Counted from the stretch's first letter, positions 29,143-40,136 are shown. The stretch: DNA of 64,000 bases from Flavobacteriales bacterium (GCA_016719225.1 JADKAN010000004.1:448167-512166), one strand, 5' to 3'. Numbers and translations: made by a program. The notes: generated from the letters alone by a model not told the origin.

Positions 29143-32100
29143 ATGCCAAGCAAAAAGCAATACTGGCAGGACGTAGCAGAAACGGACCCTGCGCACATCC
29201 CGGCCGCGACCGACCGTAACGAATTCAAGGCTCCTTCCACATTGGATCAGGCCTTGTCCGATGGTACCCTTACAGGTTCTACCACCAGTCGGCGCGATTT
29301 CCTGAAATTCCTCGGTTTCTCCGTGGGTGCAGCCACCTTGGCCGCCTGCGAAACACCGGTCATCAAGAGCATTCCCTACGTCAACAAGCCTGAGGAGATC
29401 ACACCGGGCGTAGCCAACTGGTATGCCAGCACGTATTACGATGGTGAGGACTTTGCCAGCGTGCTTGTGAAGACCCGCGAAGGCCGCCCCATCCACGTTA
29501 CCGGCAATCCCCGCTTCGGTGTGAACCGCAACCCGGTGAACGGGAAAGGCGGCGTGAACGCTCGTATCAACAGCAGTGTACTGGGTCTCTATGATAGTGA
29601 GCGCCTCACTGCCCCTATGGAGGTTGCTGATGGTACCATGACCCAACGGGCATGGGCCGAGGTGGACAAGGCCGTCGGCGAAGGTTTGGCCAAGGTGAGC
29701 GCAGCAGGCAAGCGTATTGTCCTGCTCACCAACACCATCGTGAGCCCAAGTGAGAAGAACGCGATCGATGTGTTCCGTGCACAGCATGCTCTCGTGCTTA
29801 ACAGTGGCGATGCTTCCGTTTCCGCCACTGTGGGTGGGGCAGTGGACCATGTGCAATACGATGCCATCAGCTATGCAGGCATCGCGAGTGCCAACCTGAA
29901 GACGTTCGGCAAATGGGCGTTCCCAACATTGGACCTCACAAAGGCCGACGTGCTCGTGTCCATCGGCGCGGACTTCCTCAGCAACTGGGGCAGCAGCTTG
30001 GAGAACACTTGGCAGTACGCCAGCCGCCGTCGGCCCGAGGACGCAACCAAGGACAAGCCGATGAGCCGCCACTGGCAGTTCGAGGCCCGCATGAGCCTTA
30101 CCGGTGCCAATGCAGACCAGCGTGTAGCCGTCCGCAACAGCGAGGTGCCCGCGTTAGTTTCCGCATTGCACAGTGCCATCGCTTCCGGAACGGGAAATGC
30201 TACTGCCGGTAATGCCAAACTAGAAGGACGTGCCGCCGAGGCGGTAGCCCAATGCGCCAAGGAACTCATTGCCGCCAAAGGAAAATGCTTGGTGGTATGT
30301 GGAAAGAACGAGGAAGGTGTGCAGGTGCTGGTGAACAGCATCAACACCATGCTGGGCAATTACGGCAGCACCATCGACATCCGCAATGCTTCACCCTTCT
30401 TCCGCGGAAATGATGCGCAGGTCGCGCAGTTGGTGAAGGACATGAATGCCGGCCAAGTGGGCGCGCTGCTCATAGCCGGGGTAAACCCCGCTTACACCTT
30501 ACCGAACGCAGAGGAGTTCAAGGCTGGTCTGGCCAAGACGGGCCTATCCGTGAGCTTTTCGCTGTATGCCGATGAAACGGCCTCGCGTTGTAAGTGGATC
30601 GCACCGAACCATAACTGGCTTGAGAGCTGGAACGATTTTAGCCCGGCTGCCGGCCAATATGCCTTGGCACAACCCACCATCCGCCCGTTGTTCAATACGC
30701 GCCAGTGGGGTGAAAGCCTGTTGAAGTGGAGTGGCCAGAATACCGATTGGCACCAGTTCGTTCAAACGGTTTCCGGCACCACCATGCCCGCGGGAGCTTG
30801 GGACCAAAGCCTCCACGACGGTGTGTATAGTGGACCTGTCACCACCATGGTGGATATGGCAGCGCCCTCCTTCGACCTCGCCCAAGCATCGGCAAAGGCC
30901 ATGGACACGGCCAAGGATGCAGGCGATTGGGAGATCGAATTGTACACCTCCGAAGCTCTAGCCAGCGGGCAGCATGCCAATAACCCTTGGTTGCAAGAGC
31001 TGCCGGACCCCATCACCAAAGCTACTTGGGACAATTACGTGTGCATCGCCCCTGAAGACCTGAGTGCGCTCACCGGAAAGTCCTTCAAGGACTTGTACAT
31101 CGGTCAGGAAAGCCCGGCTCAAGTATTGAAAGTCACCGTGAACGGTGTCGCCATGGAGCTGCCAGCGGTGATGAGCCCTGGTCAAGCCCCTAAGACCGTC
31201 GCGGTTGCTTTGGGATACGGACGTGGTGCCAGTGGCGAACGCGTCGGTCGCGCAGCATGCATGAAGGATGCTTCAGGCAAGCTTACCCCAGTTGGGCAGA
31301 ATGCCTACCCTTGGACCGCAGTGCGCGGGAATACAGTGCGCTACGAGGCTCCTGCGACAGTGGAGACCACCGGCCGTACCTATCCGATCGCCCTTACCCA
31401 GACCCAGATGACGGGAATGGACCGCGAGAGCATTGTGAAGGAGACAACCTTGGCCGTTTGGTCGCTGAACGAGCCCAAGGAGACCTATAACGAAACCGAG
31501 ACGCTCGCCGTTCACGAAGATGTGAACCACGATGGTAAGGTGGATGCGCTGGACCGGGTTCCGGCAACGGAGATCGACCTGTGGGCACCCCACCCGATCG
31601 AGGAGGTAGGCTTGCACTTCGGGATGAGCATTGACCTCAATGCCTGCATCGGTTGCGGTGCTTGTGTTACCGCTTGCAACAGCGAGAACAACGTTTCCGT
31701 GGTCGGTAAGGACGAAGTGCGCCGCAGCCGCGAAATGCACTGGCTCCGTATCGACCGTTACTATTCCAGCGATACCCATACCGACACCGAAGAACTCAGC
31801 TGGGCAGGACGCCTTTCTGAAATGGAGAAGCCAAGTGCCCAGCCTGGAGTCATCTTCATGCCGGTGATGTGCCAGCAGTGCAACCATGCCCCTTGTGAGA
31901 CGGTCTGCCCGGTAGCGGCGACCACGCACAGTGAAGAGGGCATGAACATGATGACCTATAACCGTTGCATCGGCACGCGTTACTGCGCGAACAACTGCCC
32001 TTACAAGGTGCGTCGGTTCAACTGGTTCAATTACGTTACCGAACAGTTCGGTGATGTGAACCCCGCTTGGGACGAGTTGGGTCGCATGGTGCTCAATCCG

Positions 32101-32415
32101 GATGTGGTCGTACGCGGCCGTGGTGTGATGGAGAAGTGCAGCTTCTGCATGCAGCGCATCCAGGCCGGCAAATTGGAGGCAAAGAAGGCAGGCCACCCCT
32201 TGAAGGACGGGGATATTGAAACTGCTTGCTCCAGTGCCTGCCCTACGAACGCCATCATCTTCGGCGATCTGAACGACACTAAGAGCCGGATCCGGGCGGA
32301 GCGAGATGGTGCCCGCGGTTATCAAATGCTTGAGGAGATCGGCACACAGCCAAACGTGACCTACCAGGTAAAGGTGCGCAACACCGCCGGGGAGGCCGAA
32401 CACCACCACGCCTAA
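29143..32415 (+). CDS. actB: alternative complex III subunit ActB (molybdopterin-oxidoreductase-like + 4Fe-4S ferredoxin domains, Tat signal)
   Basis: Twin-arginine motif SRRDFLKFLG. Four Cys clusters (CIGCGACVTAC, CQQCNHAPCETVCP, CIGTRYCANNCP, CSFCMQ). ~1090 aa. The ATG at 29143 follows the actA stop. Confidence 0.85.
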   Translation: MPSKKQYWQDVAETDPAHIPAATDRNEFKAPSTLDQALSDGTLTGSTTSRRDFLKFLGFSVGAATLAACETPVIKSIPYVNKPEEITPGVANWYASTYYDGEDFASVLVKTREGRPIHVTGNPRFGVNRNPVNGKGGVNARINSSVLGLYDSERLTAPMEVADGTMTQRAWAEVDKAVGEGLAKVSAAGKRIVLLTNTIVSPSEKNAIDVFRAQHALVLNSGDASVSATVGGAVDHVQYDAISYAGIASANLKTFGKWAFPTLDLTKADVLVSIGADFLSNWGSSLENTWQYASRRRPEDATKDKPMSRHWQFEARMSLTGANADQRVAVRNSEVPALVSALHSAIASGTGNATAGNAKLEGRAAEAVAQCAKELIAAKGKCLVVCGKNEEGVQVLVNSINTMLGNYGSTIDIRNASPFFRGNDAQVAQLVKDMNAGQVGALLIAGVNPAYTLPNAEEFKAGLAKTGLSVSFSLYADETASRCKWIAPNHNWLESWNDFSPAAGQYALAQPTIRPLFNTRQWGESLLKWSGQNTDWHQFVQTVSGTTMPAGAWDQSLHDGVYSGPVTTMVDMAAPSFDLAQASAKAMDTAKDAGDWEIELYTSEALASGQHANNPWLQELPDPITKATWDNYVCIAPEDLSALTGKSFKDLYIGQESPAQVLKVTVNGVAMELPAVMSPGQAPKTVAVALGYGRGASGERVGRAACMKDASGKLTPVGQNAYPWTAVRGNTVRYEAPATVETTGRTYPIALTQTQMTGMDRESIVKETTLAVWSLNEPKETYNETETLAVHEDVNHDGKVDALDRVPATEIDLWAPHPIEEVGLHFGMSIDLNACIGCGACVTACNSENNVSVVGKDEVRRSREMHWLRIDRYYSSDTHTDTEELSWAGRLSEMEKPSAQPGVIFMPVMCQQCNHAPCETVCPVAATTHSEEGMNMMTYNRCIGTRYCANNCPYKVRRFNWFNYVTEQFGDVNPAWDELGRMVLNPDVVVRGRGVMEKCSFCMQRIQAGKLEAKKAGHPLKDGDIETACSSACPTNAIIFGDLNDTKSRIRAERDGARGYQMLEEIGTQPNVTYQVKVRNTAGEAEHHHA

Positions 32416-32430
32416 GCCAGAAGAGGCAAC

Positions 32431-33825
32431 ATGCATCAAGAAGCAGCGATACGACCCCCGCTCATCCTGGGCCACCGTACCTACGGCGACATCACCAACG
32501 ATGTGGTGGGACCCATTGAGAACAAGGCCCCACGGGCTTGGTATGTGCTGATCACCATCGCGGCCATCATCGCCGTTTATGGTATCGGCTGTATCATGTA
32601 CCTGATCAGTAAAGGGATCGGGGCTTGGGGAATGAACAAGACCATCAACTGGGCTTGGGACATCACCAACTTCGTGTGGTGGGTGGGTATCGGCCACGCC
32701 GGGACATTGATCAGTGCGGTACTGCTGCTCTTCCGCCAGAAGTGGCGCATGGCCGTGAACCGCTCCGCCGAGGCGATGACCATTTTCGCCGTGGTGATGG
32801 CTGCAACATTCCCCTTGATCCACATGGGGCGTATCTGGTTGGCCTATTTCGTTTTCCCCTTGCCGAACCAGTTCGGTTCCCTATGGGTGAATTTCAACTC
32901 ACCGCTTCTGTGGGACGTATTTGCTATTAGCACATACTTCTCCGTGAGTTTGGTGTATTGGTACATCGGTCTTATTCCGGACTTCGCCTCCATCCGTGAT
33001 CGTGTGGTGAAGACCTGGCAAAAGAAGTTGTACAGTGTTCTTGCTTTCGGCTGGACCGGGAACGCCAAGGCTTGGCAGCGCTTCGAGGAAGTAAGCTTGG
33101 TGCTCGCAGGCCTTGCTACCCCGCTTGTGTTCTCGGTACACTCCGTGGTGTCCATGGACTTCGCTACATCGCTGGTGCCGGGTTGGCACAGCACCATCTA
33201 CCCGCCCTATTTCGTAGCTGGTGCGATATTCTCCGGCTTCGCTATGGTGCAGACGCTGCTCTTGGTGATGCGCAAAGCCATGAAGCTCGAGGCGTACGTC
33301 ACCCGCAAGCACGTGGAATACATGAACATTGTGATCATGGTGACAGGCGGCATTGTCGCAGTAGCCTACGCCACGGAGTTCTTCATGGGTTGGTACAGTG
33401 GCGTGGAGTATGAGTACTACACATACATGAGCATGGGTGCCGCCACGGGGCAGTACAGTTGGGCATTCTGGGCGCTGATCATCTGCAACATCCTCATCCC
33501 CGGAATGCTTTGGTTCAAGCCCATCCGCACCAGCTTCTTCTGGGCCTGGGCGATCTCCATCGTGATCAACGTTGGCATGTGGTTCGAACGCTTTGACATC
33601 ATCGTGCTCTGCCTGCACCGCGACTATATGCCCAGTGGCTGGACGATGTTCTACCCAACATGGGTGGACGTAGGCACCTTCATTGGCACCATCGGCATCT
33701 TCTTTACGCTTTACCTGCTCTTCGCACGCTACTTCCCCGTGTTGGCCTTCAATGAATTGAAGACCATCCTGAAGACCAGTGGCGAGAGCTACAAGGGCGA
33801 GGTGCTTCCCAAATCACAGCATTGA
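32431..33825 (+). CDS. actC: alternative complex III subunit ActC (NrfD/PsrC-like quinol-oxidising membrane subunit)
   Basis: ~10-TM NrfD-like protein directly after actB. Confidence 0.8.
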   Translation: MHQEAAIRPPLILGHRTYGDITNDVVGPIENKAPRAWYVLITIAAIIAVYGIGCIMYLISKGIGAWGMNKTINWAWDITNFVWWVGIGHAGTLISAVLLLFRQKWRMAVNRSAEAMTIFAVVMAATFPLIHMGRIWLAYFVFPLPNQFGSLWVNFNSPLLWDVFAISTYFSVSLVYWYIGLIPDFASIRDRVVKTWQKKLYSVLAFGWTGNAKAWQRFEEVSLVLAGLATPLVFSVHSVVSMDFATSLVPGWHSTIYPPYFVAGAIFSGFAMVQTLLLVMRKAMKLEAYVTRKHVEYMNIVIMVTGGIVAVAYATEFFMGWYSGVEYEYYTYMSMGAATGQYSWAFWALIICNILIPGMLWFKPIRTSFFWAWAISIVINVGMWFERFDIIVLCLHRDYMPSGWTMFYPTWVDVGTFIGTIGIFFTLYLLFARYFPVLAFNELKTILKTSGESYKGEVLPKSQH

Positions 33826-34364
33826 TAGGCATGTCCAACAAAGTGATCTACGCGGTCTACGAGGACCCTGAACTGCTGAAGGACGCAGCACGCAAGCTGG
33901 TTTCCGCCGGCGTGAAGGTGCGCGACGTATTCAGCCCTTTCCCGGTCCACGGACTGGACCCGATCATCGGCCTCAAGCGCACGCGCTTGGCCATCGTTTC
34001 TTTCATGTTCGGCTGTTTCGGCCTGTCCTTGGCGATCTTGGGCACCTACTACATGATGATCTACGATTGGCCCATGAACATCGGCGGCAAGCCTAACGGT
34101 TTTTACTATCAGAACGTCACATCATTCGTGCCGGTGCTTTTCGAATTCACTGTGTTGAACGCCGCACATGGCATGGCCATTACTTACCTGATCCGCAACA
34201 AGACGTTGCCCGGTATGAAAGGGCGTAACCCCGACCCACGCAGTACAGATGACAAATTCGTGTTGGAGTTGCGGACCGAGGACAATCACGCCCACAGCGA
34301 CGATTCACTCACCGGCATGTTGCGCGAAACCGCTGTGCTGGAGATCAACGAACGCCAATGCTGA
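33822..34364 (+). CDS. actD: alternative complex III subunit ActD (DUF3341)
   Basis: ~180 aa with KVIYAVYEDPELLKDAARKL N-terminus plus TM helices. Overlaps actC by 4 nt. Confidence 0.7.
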   Translation: MIGMSNKVIYAVYEDPELLKDAARKLVSAGVKVRDVFSPFPVHGLDPIIGLKRTRLAIVSFMFGCFGLSLAILGTYYMMIYDWPMNIGGKPNGFYYQNVTSFVPVLFEFTVLNAAHGMAITYLIRNKTLPGMKGRNPDPRSTDDKFVLELRTEDNHAHSDDSLTGMLRETAVLEINERQC

Positions 34365-35059
34365 GACCCATGCGCAACCCCATCGGCTTTTTGCCAGCGG
34401 GCCTTTTGCTCGTGTTGGTAGCGTCCAGCTGCAACAACAAGAAGGATAGTCCCGGCTTGGAATACATGCCGGACATGTACCGCAGTCCCGCCATCGAAGC
34501 ATACGTGGACTACGGCCAGGACCCGTATTACTTCGGTGACAGCTTGGCCGAGGCACAGCGTGGAACGATGAGCGCACGCCTGCCTGTTAAGGGCACTATC
34601 GCCTTTGCAGGGAATGAAGCCGATGCGGCATATAATTTCCCGTATCCCTATCCGGATACACCTGAAGGATACGAGGCGGCAGGAGTGGATCTGCATGATC
34701 CCATCCCGATGACCACCGCGTCAGTGGAACAGGGAAAGGCCCTGTATGAGATCTTCTGTATGCATTGCCATGGCGCTACAGGCAAAGGCGACGGTGGAGT
34801 AGTGGCCAAAGGCGGCTACCCGCCCCCGCCTGCATACGACGGTCCGCAGTTGAAGGATCTTCCGGAAGGCAAGATGTTCCATTCCCTGATGTATGGTAAG
34901 AACCTGGCAATGGGTTCGCACGCCAGTCAGCTGGATCACCGTGAGCGTTGGTTGGTTATCGAGTACGTGAAATATCTGCAGAACGACGGGAAAATGCCCG
35001 GGGATGTCGCCGCCGCTACAGCCACGGACAGCACCGCCAAAGCGCCCGCAGCGCAGTGA
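34358..35059 (+). CDS. actE: alternative complex III subunit ActE (lipoprotein monoheme cytochrome c)
   Basis: Lipobox LVLVASSC and a single CMHCH heme motif. Overlaps actD. Confidence 0.75.
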   Translation: MLRPMRNPIGFLPAGLLLVLVASSCNNKKDSPGLEYMPDMYRSPAIEAYVDYGQDPYYFGDSLAEAQRGTMSARLPVKGTIAFAGNEADAAYNFPYPYPDTPEGYEAAGVDLHDPIPMTTASVEQGKALYEIFCMHCHGATGKGDGGVVAKGGYPPPPAYDGPQLKDLPEGKMFHSLMYGKNLAMGSHASQLDHRERWLVIEYVKYLQNDGKMPGDVAAATATDSTAKAPAAQ

Positions 35060-35075
35060 ACAATAGCAAGAACCG

Positions 35076-36284
35076 ATGAACTTCACCATTAGCAAACGCG
35101 CCGGGACCACGACCCTTGTACTGCTGGCTGTGGGCGTCCTGCTTGCCGCTATCGGCGTGATCGGCGACCATACCGATAATCGCCAGTACAGCTGGGCCGC
35201 TTTCTATGCGAATGCCCTTTTCTTCTTCTTCATCGCTTTGGGAACACTGTTCTTCTATGCGTTGAACAACATCACGGAAACAGGATGGACCGTGCTCGTT
35301 CGTCGTGTGTATGAAGCCATTTTCTCCTACGTGCCGCTTGGAGCTGCGCTCGTCGTTATTGCTCTTTTGGCTGGCTCCTTGGGCTTGAACCACATGTGGC
35401 CTTGGATGGACGGTCGTACGCTTGACACGTCCGACCCTAATCATTACGACGCTCACATCGCATTGCTCCGCCCTTATCTCAACCTGCCTTTCTTCTGGGT
35501 GCGCGCGGTGCTGATGATCGGAACCTTTATCTATTTCGCCCGCTGGTTCCGTGCACACAGCCTGCGCATGGACCAAGTAGGAAGCGACGGGCTGCTGCGC
35601 GAACACTGGTCCATGTACAACCGCAGTATCGGTTTCATGGTGCTGTTCGCTTTCTTCAGCTCCGTCCTCTCTTGGGATTGGATCATGAGCATTGATGTTC
35701 ACTGGAAAAGCGCGCTTTTCGGTTGGTACGTTTTCTCCGGCATGTGGATCGGTGGAATGGTCACCGCGGTGATCATCGTTCTATACCTGAAGGGAAAGGG
35801 TTATTTGCCCCAAGTGAATGGAAGCCATATCCAGGACATGGGCAAGTGGGTTTTTGCCGTGAGCTTCTTGTGGAGCTATCTCTACTTTGCACAGTTCCTG
35901 CTTACCTGGTATGCTAACATCCCTGAGGAGGTGACCTACTTCAAAGTGCGTATCGACCATCATCCGGCGTTGGTGTGGGGGATGTACTTCGTCAACTTCG
36001 CTCTGCCAATGGTGTTGCTGATGAGCCGCGATACCAAACGGAACCCCAAGTTCCTCATTGGGGTAGGTGTTCTTATCTTTATCGGCCATTGGCTGGACAT
36101 GGTCCAGATGATCATGCCAGGTTCATTAGGCGACCATTTTGAGCAGATCGGCCTGCTGGAGATCGGCTTCTTCATCGCGTTCCTCGGCCTTTTCGTGCGG
36201 ACCGTTCTCGGTGCGCTCGCGAAAGCCCCACTTACCGTTGTTCACCACCCCTTCCTCGAGGAAAGTGTGCATCACCAGATCTGA
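35076..36284 (+). CDS. actF: alternative complex III subunit ActF (NrfD-like membrane protein)
   Basis: Polytopic membrane protein paralogous to ActC, in the conserved position before the oxidase genes. Confidence 0.75.
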   Translation: MNFTISKRAGTTTLVLLAVGVLLAAIGVIGDHTDNRQYSWAAFYANALFFFFIALGTLFFYALNNITETGWTVLVRRVYEAIFSYVPLGAALVVIALLAGSLGLNHMWPWMDGRTLDTSDPNHYDAHIALLRPYLNLPFFWVRAVLMIGTFIYFARWFRAHSLRMDQVGSDGLLREHWSMYNRSIGFMVLFAFFSSVLSWDWIMSIDVHWKSALFGWYVFSGMWIGGMVTAVIIVLYLKGKGYLPQVNGSHIQDMGKWVFAVSFLWSYLYFAQFLLTWYANIPEEVTYFKVRIDHHPALVWGMYFVNFALPMVLLMSRDTKRNPKFLIGVGVLIFIGHWLDMVQMIMPGSLGDHFEQIGLLEIGFFIAFLGLFVRTVLGALAKAPLTVVHHPFLEESVHHQI

Positions 36285-36317
36285 AAATGGCCCCGTGCCC
36301 TTCCATAACCGAATAGC

Positions 36318-37586
36318 ATGACGACGTTGTTGATCCTCGCAGTGATCGTTCTGGCCTTCTTGGTGGTAATGCGCCTCCATAGGGTGTCGGACCTTGCCGC
36401 CGCCTTGCGCGGGGAGCGCGAGGAACTTATTCCCGAAAAGGATAACCGGACCTCCGGCCGCATGATGTGGGTGGTCGGTTTCATCTACCTCGCACTGTTC
36501 ACGTGGATCCCCATACATTTCAAGTCCGTGTTCCTGCCGCCACCTGCAAGTACGCAAGGCGTGTGGATCGATGCCATGTTCCACTTCAACTGGATCATGT
36601 TGGGCATCGTGTTCTACATCACCAACATCGCTCTCTTCTATTTCGCGGGCAAGTACTTCCACCGGCCCGGTAAGAAGGCATTCTGGTATCCGCACAACAA
36701 CCGCCTCGAGCTTTTATGGACCGTGATCCCGGCAGTGGTGCTCATCGTGGTCATCATCTATGGACTTTACGTGTGGAACAGGATCACCGCGGCTCCCGAT
36801 CCTGGCACGATGGAGGTAGAGGTATATGGAAAACAGTTCGATTGGACCATCCGGTACCCGGGTAAGGACAAACAGCTTGGTGCCACGGATTTCCGGTTGA
36901 TCGACGGTGACAATCCTTTGGGCATCGTAACCGGCAACGTGGTAACAAAGCGGCTCGCGGATCTGCAGAAGGAACTCGAACAAGCCGAAGTCGACCGTGC
37001 CGCTCAGGCCGAGATCCAACCAACTGACCAATTGGCTGACATGGACGATCATATTGCCCACATCCGCCGAATGCGGGAAGGCATTATGAATCTGGGGATC
37101 CTGATGAAGGAGGATATCGCAACGAATGGCGGGAACAGTAAATACCTGCATGGTGCCGACGACCAAGTGACCAAGGAGTTCCACCTGCCTCAGAACGTGG
37201 ACGTGGAACTGTTGATCCGCAGCCAGGACGTGATCCACAGCGTTTACTTACCTCACATGCGCGCCCAAATGAACGCCGTGCCGGGAATGACCACGCGCAT
37301 GCACTTGGTGCCTACGATCACCACGGATAGTATGCGTTTAGTGACCAATAATCCCGAGTTCGATTATATCCTGCTCTGCAACAAGGTCTGCGGTATATCG
37401 CACTACAACATGCAGATACCCCTTACCGTGGAGAAACCAGGTGCATTCAAGGTCTGGTCCATCTTGCTGCCTTCTTTCGAGAACAAGTCGAAGGTAGCCG
37501 ACGAAGCACCTGCGGACAGTTCGAAAGCCAAAGTGGCAACGGACACCACTGCGGTTGCAACCACGACCGAAACGAAAAAGAATTGA
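36318..37586 (+). CDS. coxB: cytochrome c oxidase subunit II
   Basis: Two N-terminal TM helices and a CuA centre (H...CNKVCGISHYNM). Confidence 0.85.
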   Translation: MTTLLILAVIVLAFLVVMRLHRVSDLAAALRGEREELIPEKDNRTSGRMMWVVGFIYLALFTWIPIHFKSVFLPPPASTQGVWIDAMFHFNWIMLGIVFYITNIALFYFAGKYFHRPGKKAFWYPHNNRLELLWTVIPAVVLIVVIIYGLYVWNRITAAPDPGTMEVEVYGKQFDWTIRYPGKDKQLGATDFRLIDGDNPLGIVTGNVVTKRLADLQKELEQAEVDRAAQAEIQPTDQLADMDDHIAHIRRMREGIMNLGILMKEDIATNGGNSKYLHGADDQVTKEFHLPQNVDVELLIRSQDVIHSVYLPHMRAQMNAVPGMTTRMHLVPTITTDSMRLVTNNPEFDYILLCNKVCGISHYNMQIPLTVEKPGAFKVWSILLPSFENKSKVADEAPADSSKAKVATDTTAVATTTETKKN

Positions 37587-39394
37587 TCATGAGCGCCGTA
37601 GCCAATACGCAGGCGGCCCATAGCGGCCACCACCACGCGGACCTCCACCAGCATAAGGAGAGTTTCATCTCCAAGTTTGTCTTCTCGCACGATCACAAGA
37701 TGATCAGCAAGCAGTTCCTCGTGACTGCTATTATCATGGCTTGGATCGCCATGATCATGTCCGTGATCTTCCGTCTGCAGATCGCTTGGCCCGGAGAGAG
37801 CTTCGCTTTTACCCATTTCTTTTTGGGTGAGAAGTGGGCGCCGGGTGGCGTGCTGAGTTCCACGATGTACCTCGCCTTGGTCACCATACACGGAACGATC
37901 ATGGTGTTCTTTGTGTTGACAGGTGGCCTTTCCGGAACGTTCAGCAATTTGCTGATACCCTATCAGATCGGCGCGAGGGACATGGCCAGCGGTTTCATCA
38001 ACATGCTGTCCTATTGGTTCTTCCTCACAGCCTCGATCATCATGATCTTTTCCCTTTTCGTGGAAAGTGGTCCCGCTGCCGGTGGATGGACGGTCTATCC
38101 TCCCTTGAGCGCTCTGCCCCAAGCCATACCCGGCTCAGGGACAGGAATGACGCTTTGGCTTTTCAGCATGGTCCTCTTCGTCGCGGGTTCGCTCATGGGC
38201 AGCCTCAACTATATCGTTACCGTCATGAACCTGCGCACTAAGGGCATGAAGATGACGCGTCTGCCCTTGACCATCTGGGCTTTGCTCCTCACCGCCATTG
38301 TTGGTGTGCTGGCTTTCCCGGTTCTGGTGAGTGCGGTCGTCCTGCTGATCATGGACCGGATGATGGGAACGAGCTTCTACCTGAGCGAGATCCATATCGC
38401 GGGTGAAGCGTTGGACCACATGGGTGGAAGCCCGATCCTTTACCAGCACTTGTTCTGGTTCTTGGGCCATCCGGAGGTTTATATCGTGATCCTCCCTGCC
38501 TTCGGTATCAGCTCCGAGGTGATCTCCACCATGAGCCGTAAGCCGATCTTCGGCTATCGCGCCATGATCGGGTCCCTTATGGCGATCTCTTTCCTGAGCT
38601 TCATCGTTTGGGCCCACCACATGTTCATCTCCGGGATGAATCCCTTCCTCGGCAGCGTGTTCGTCTTCACCACGGTATTGATCGCCATCCCAAGCGCGGT
38701 GAAGGTGTTCAACTACCTCACCACACTGTGGCGCGGCAACATCATTTTCAGCCCTGGAATGCTTTTCAGTATCGGCATGGTTTCCACGTTCATCGCGGGT
38801 GGCCTCACCGGGATCATCCTTGCGGACAGCGCACTCGACATCCAGGTACACGACACTTATTTCGTGATCGCCCACTTCCACATGGTAATGGGAGTAAGTG
38901 CCATCTTCGCCATGTTCGCTGGTATCTATCACTGGTTCCCCAAGATGTATGGGCGCATGATGAGCACCAAGCTCGGTTACCTGCACTTCTGGACCACCTT
39001 CATCTGTGCCTTCGGGGTGTTCATCCCCATGCACTATGTCGGTCTGGCCGGTGGTCCTCGCCGTTACTATAACTACACGGAGTTCCCGATGTTCAATGGT
39101 GGCGTGGCTGACCTGAACCATATCATCAGCGTTTTCGCCATCATCGGTGCTGCGGCGCAGATCATTTTCACCTACAACTTCTTCCGGAGCATTTTCCTCG
39201 GGCAGAAGGCGGTGCAGAACCCTTGGCATTCGAACACCTTGGAGTGGACAACCCCTGTCGAACACATCCACGGCAACTGGCCCGGCCCACTACCTACCGT
39301 ATATCGTTGGCCCTATGATTACAGCAAGCCCGGCAAGCTGGAGGATTACGTGCCGCAGACAGTGCCCTTGGAGGACGGAGAAGAGGAGCATTGA
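37583..39394 (+). CDS. ctaD: cytochrome c oxidase subunit I
   Basis: 12-TM haem-copper oxidase with WFFGHPEVY-type motif (HLFWFLGHPEVYIVILPAFG) and histidine ligands. Overlaps coxB by 4 nt. Confidence 0.9.
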   Translation: MIMSAVANTQAAHSGHHHADLHQHKESFISKFVFSHDHKMISKQFLVTAIIMAWIAMIMSVIFRLQIAWPGESFAFTHFFLGEKWAPGGVLSSTMYLALVTIHGTIMVFFVLTGGLSGTFSNLLIPYQIGARDMASGFINMLSYWFFLTASIIMIFSLFVESGPAAGGWTVYPPLSALPQAIPGSGTGMTLWLFSMVLFVAGSLMGSLNYIVTVMNLRTKGMKMTRLPLTIWALLLTAIVGVLAFPVLVSAVVLLIMDRMMGTSFYLSEIHIAGEALDHMGGSPILYQHLFWFLGHPEVYIVILPAFGISSEVISTMSRKPIFGYRAMIGSLMAISFLSFIVWAHHMFISGMNPFLGSVFVFTTVLIAIPSAVKVFNYLTTLWRGNIIFSPGMLFSIGMVSTFIAGGLTGIILADSALDIQVHDTYFVIAHFHMVMGVSAIFAMFAGIYHWFPKMYGRMMSTKLGYLHFWTTFICAFGVFIPMHYVGLAGGPRRYYNYTEFPMFNGGVADLNHIISVFAIIGAAAQIIFTYNFFRSIFLGQKAVQNPWHSNTLEWTTPVEHIHGNWPGPLPTVYRWPYDYSKPGKLEDYVPQTVPLEDGEEEH

Positions 39395-39415
39395 GGATCT
39401 CAAGAACTTCATGGG

Positions 39416-39449
39416 AATGTCCGCACTTTTGTGCGGACATTTTCTTTTG
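39416..39449 (+). terminator. intrinsic terminator after ctaD
   Basis: 11-bp stem AATGTCCGCAC / GTGCGGACATT with loop TTTT, followed by TTCTTTTG. Confidence 0.7.
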
Positions 39450-39459
39450 ATACCTACCC

Positions 39460-40074
39460 ATGCGACCGGTGCTGCTTGCCTTCCTGCTCTGCTCCGCCGG
39501 TGCACATGCCCAACTACTGGATAGCTTGAAATTGTTCGGGGAGCAAAAGCCGCACTTTGTGCTGAAGCTCGACTCACGGGGGTCGTTCATAAGCAACAGC
39601 AACGTCTCGATCATGGGCGTTAAGGCCGGTTTGGAACATTCCGGCCGATTCCAATACGGTCTGGGATACAGTTTCCTGTGGTCGCCCGTGGAGAAGACCC
39701 GCACAGTGAATGGAACGGCAGAGGTGCCTACCACGCTGCGATTAGGCTATTTCACGCCGTACGTCGAGTACGCATTCTACCAGCGCGGACCGTGGGAAGC
39801 CCGGATCCCGGTCCAGTTCGGGATCGGTTCAGGCTCTTTGGTGTACCGCGACGCTGACGAGCGCAAGCAGCGCTCTGCGCGCTCGTTCCTGCTTCTTTAT
39901 GAGCCGTCCATGACGGTGCAGTACCGCTTCTTCAAATATTTTGGTGCCAGTGCCGGCTGGGGTTACCGTTTACTGCTGGTTCACACGGCATTGGATGAAC
40001 GCCTATCCGCTCCCACTTATGTGCTTGGGTTGAAAGTGTTCTTCGGTGATCTTTGGAAGGACCTGAAACCTTAG
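39460..40074 (+). CDS. hypothetical secreted protein (possible small outer-membrane beta-barrel)
   Basis: Signal peptide [18 protein letters not shown] and alternating hydrophobic/aromatic beta-strand-like segments. No family recognised. Confidence 0.4.
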   Translation: MRPVLLAFLLCSAGAHAQLLDSLKLFGEQKPHFVLKLDSRGSFISNSNVSIMGVKAGLEHSGRFQYGLGYSFLWSPVEKTRTVNGTAEVPTTLRLGYFTPYVEYAFYQRGPWEARIPVQFGIGSGSLVYRDADERKQRSARSFLLLYEPSMTVQYRFFKYFGASAGWGYRLLLVHTALDERLSAPTYVLGLKVFFGDLWKDLKP

Positions 40075-40136
40075 GCGCTCTCGGTCCGCGCATCCTTTCC
40101 GCAGCACCATCTGCTTCTTTTACCTTTACGGCACCC

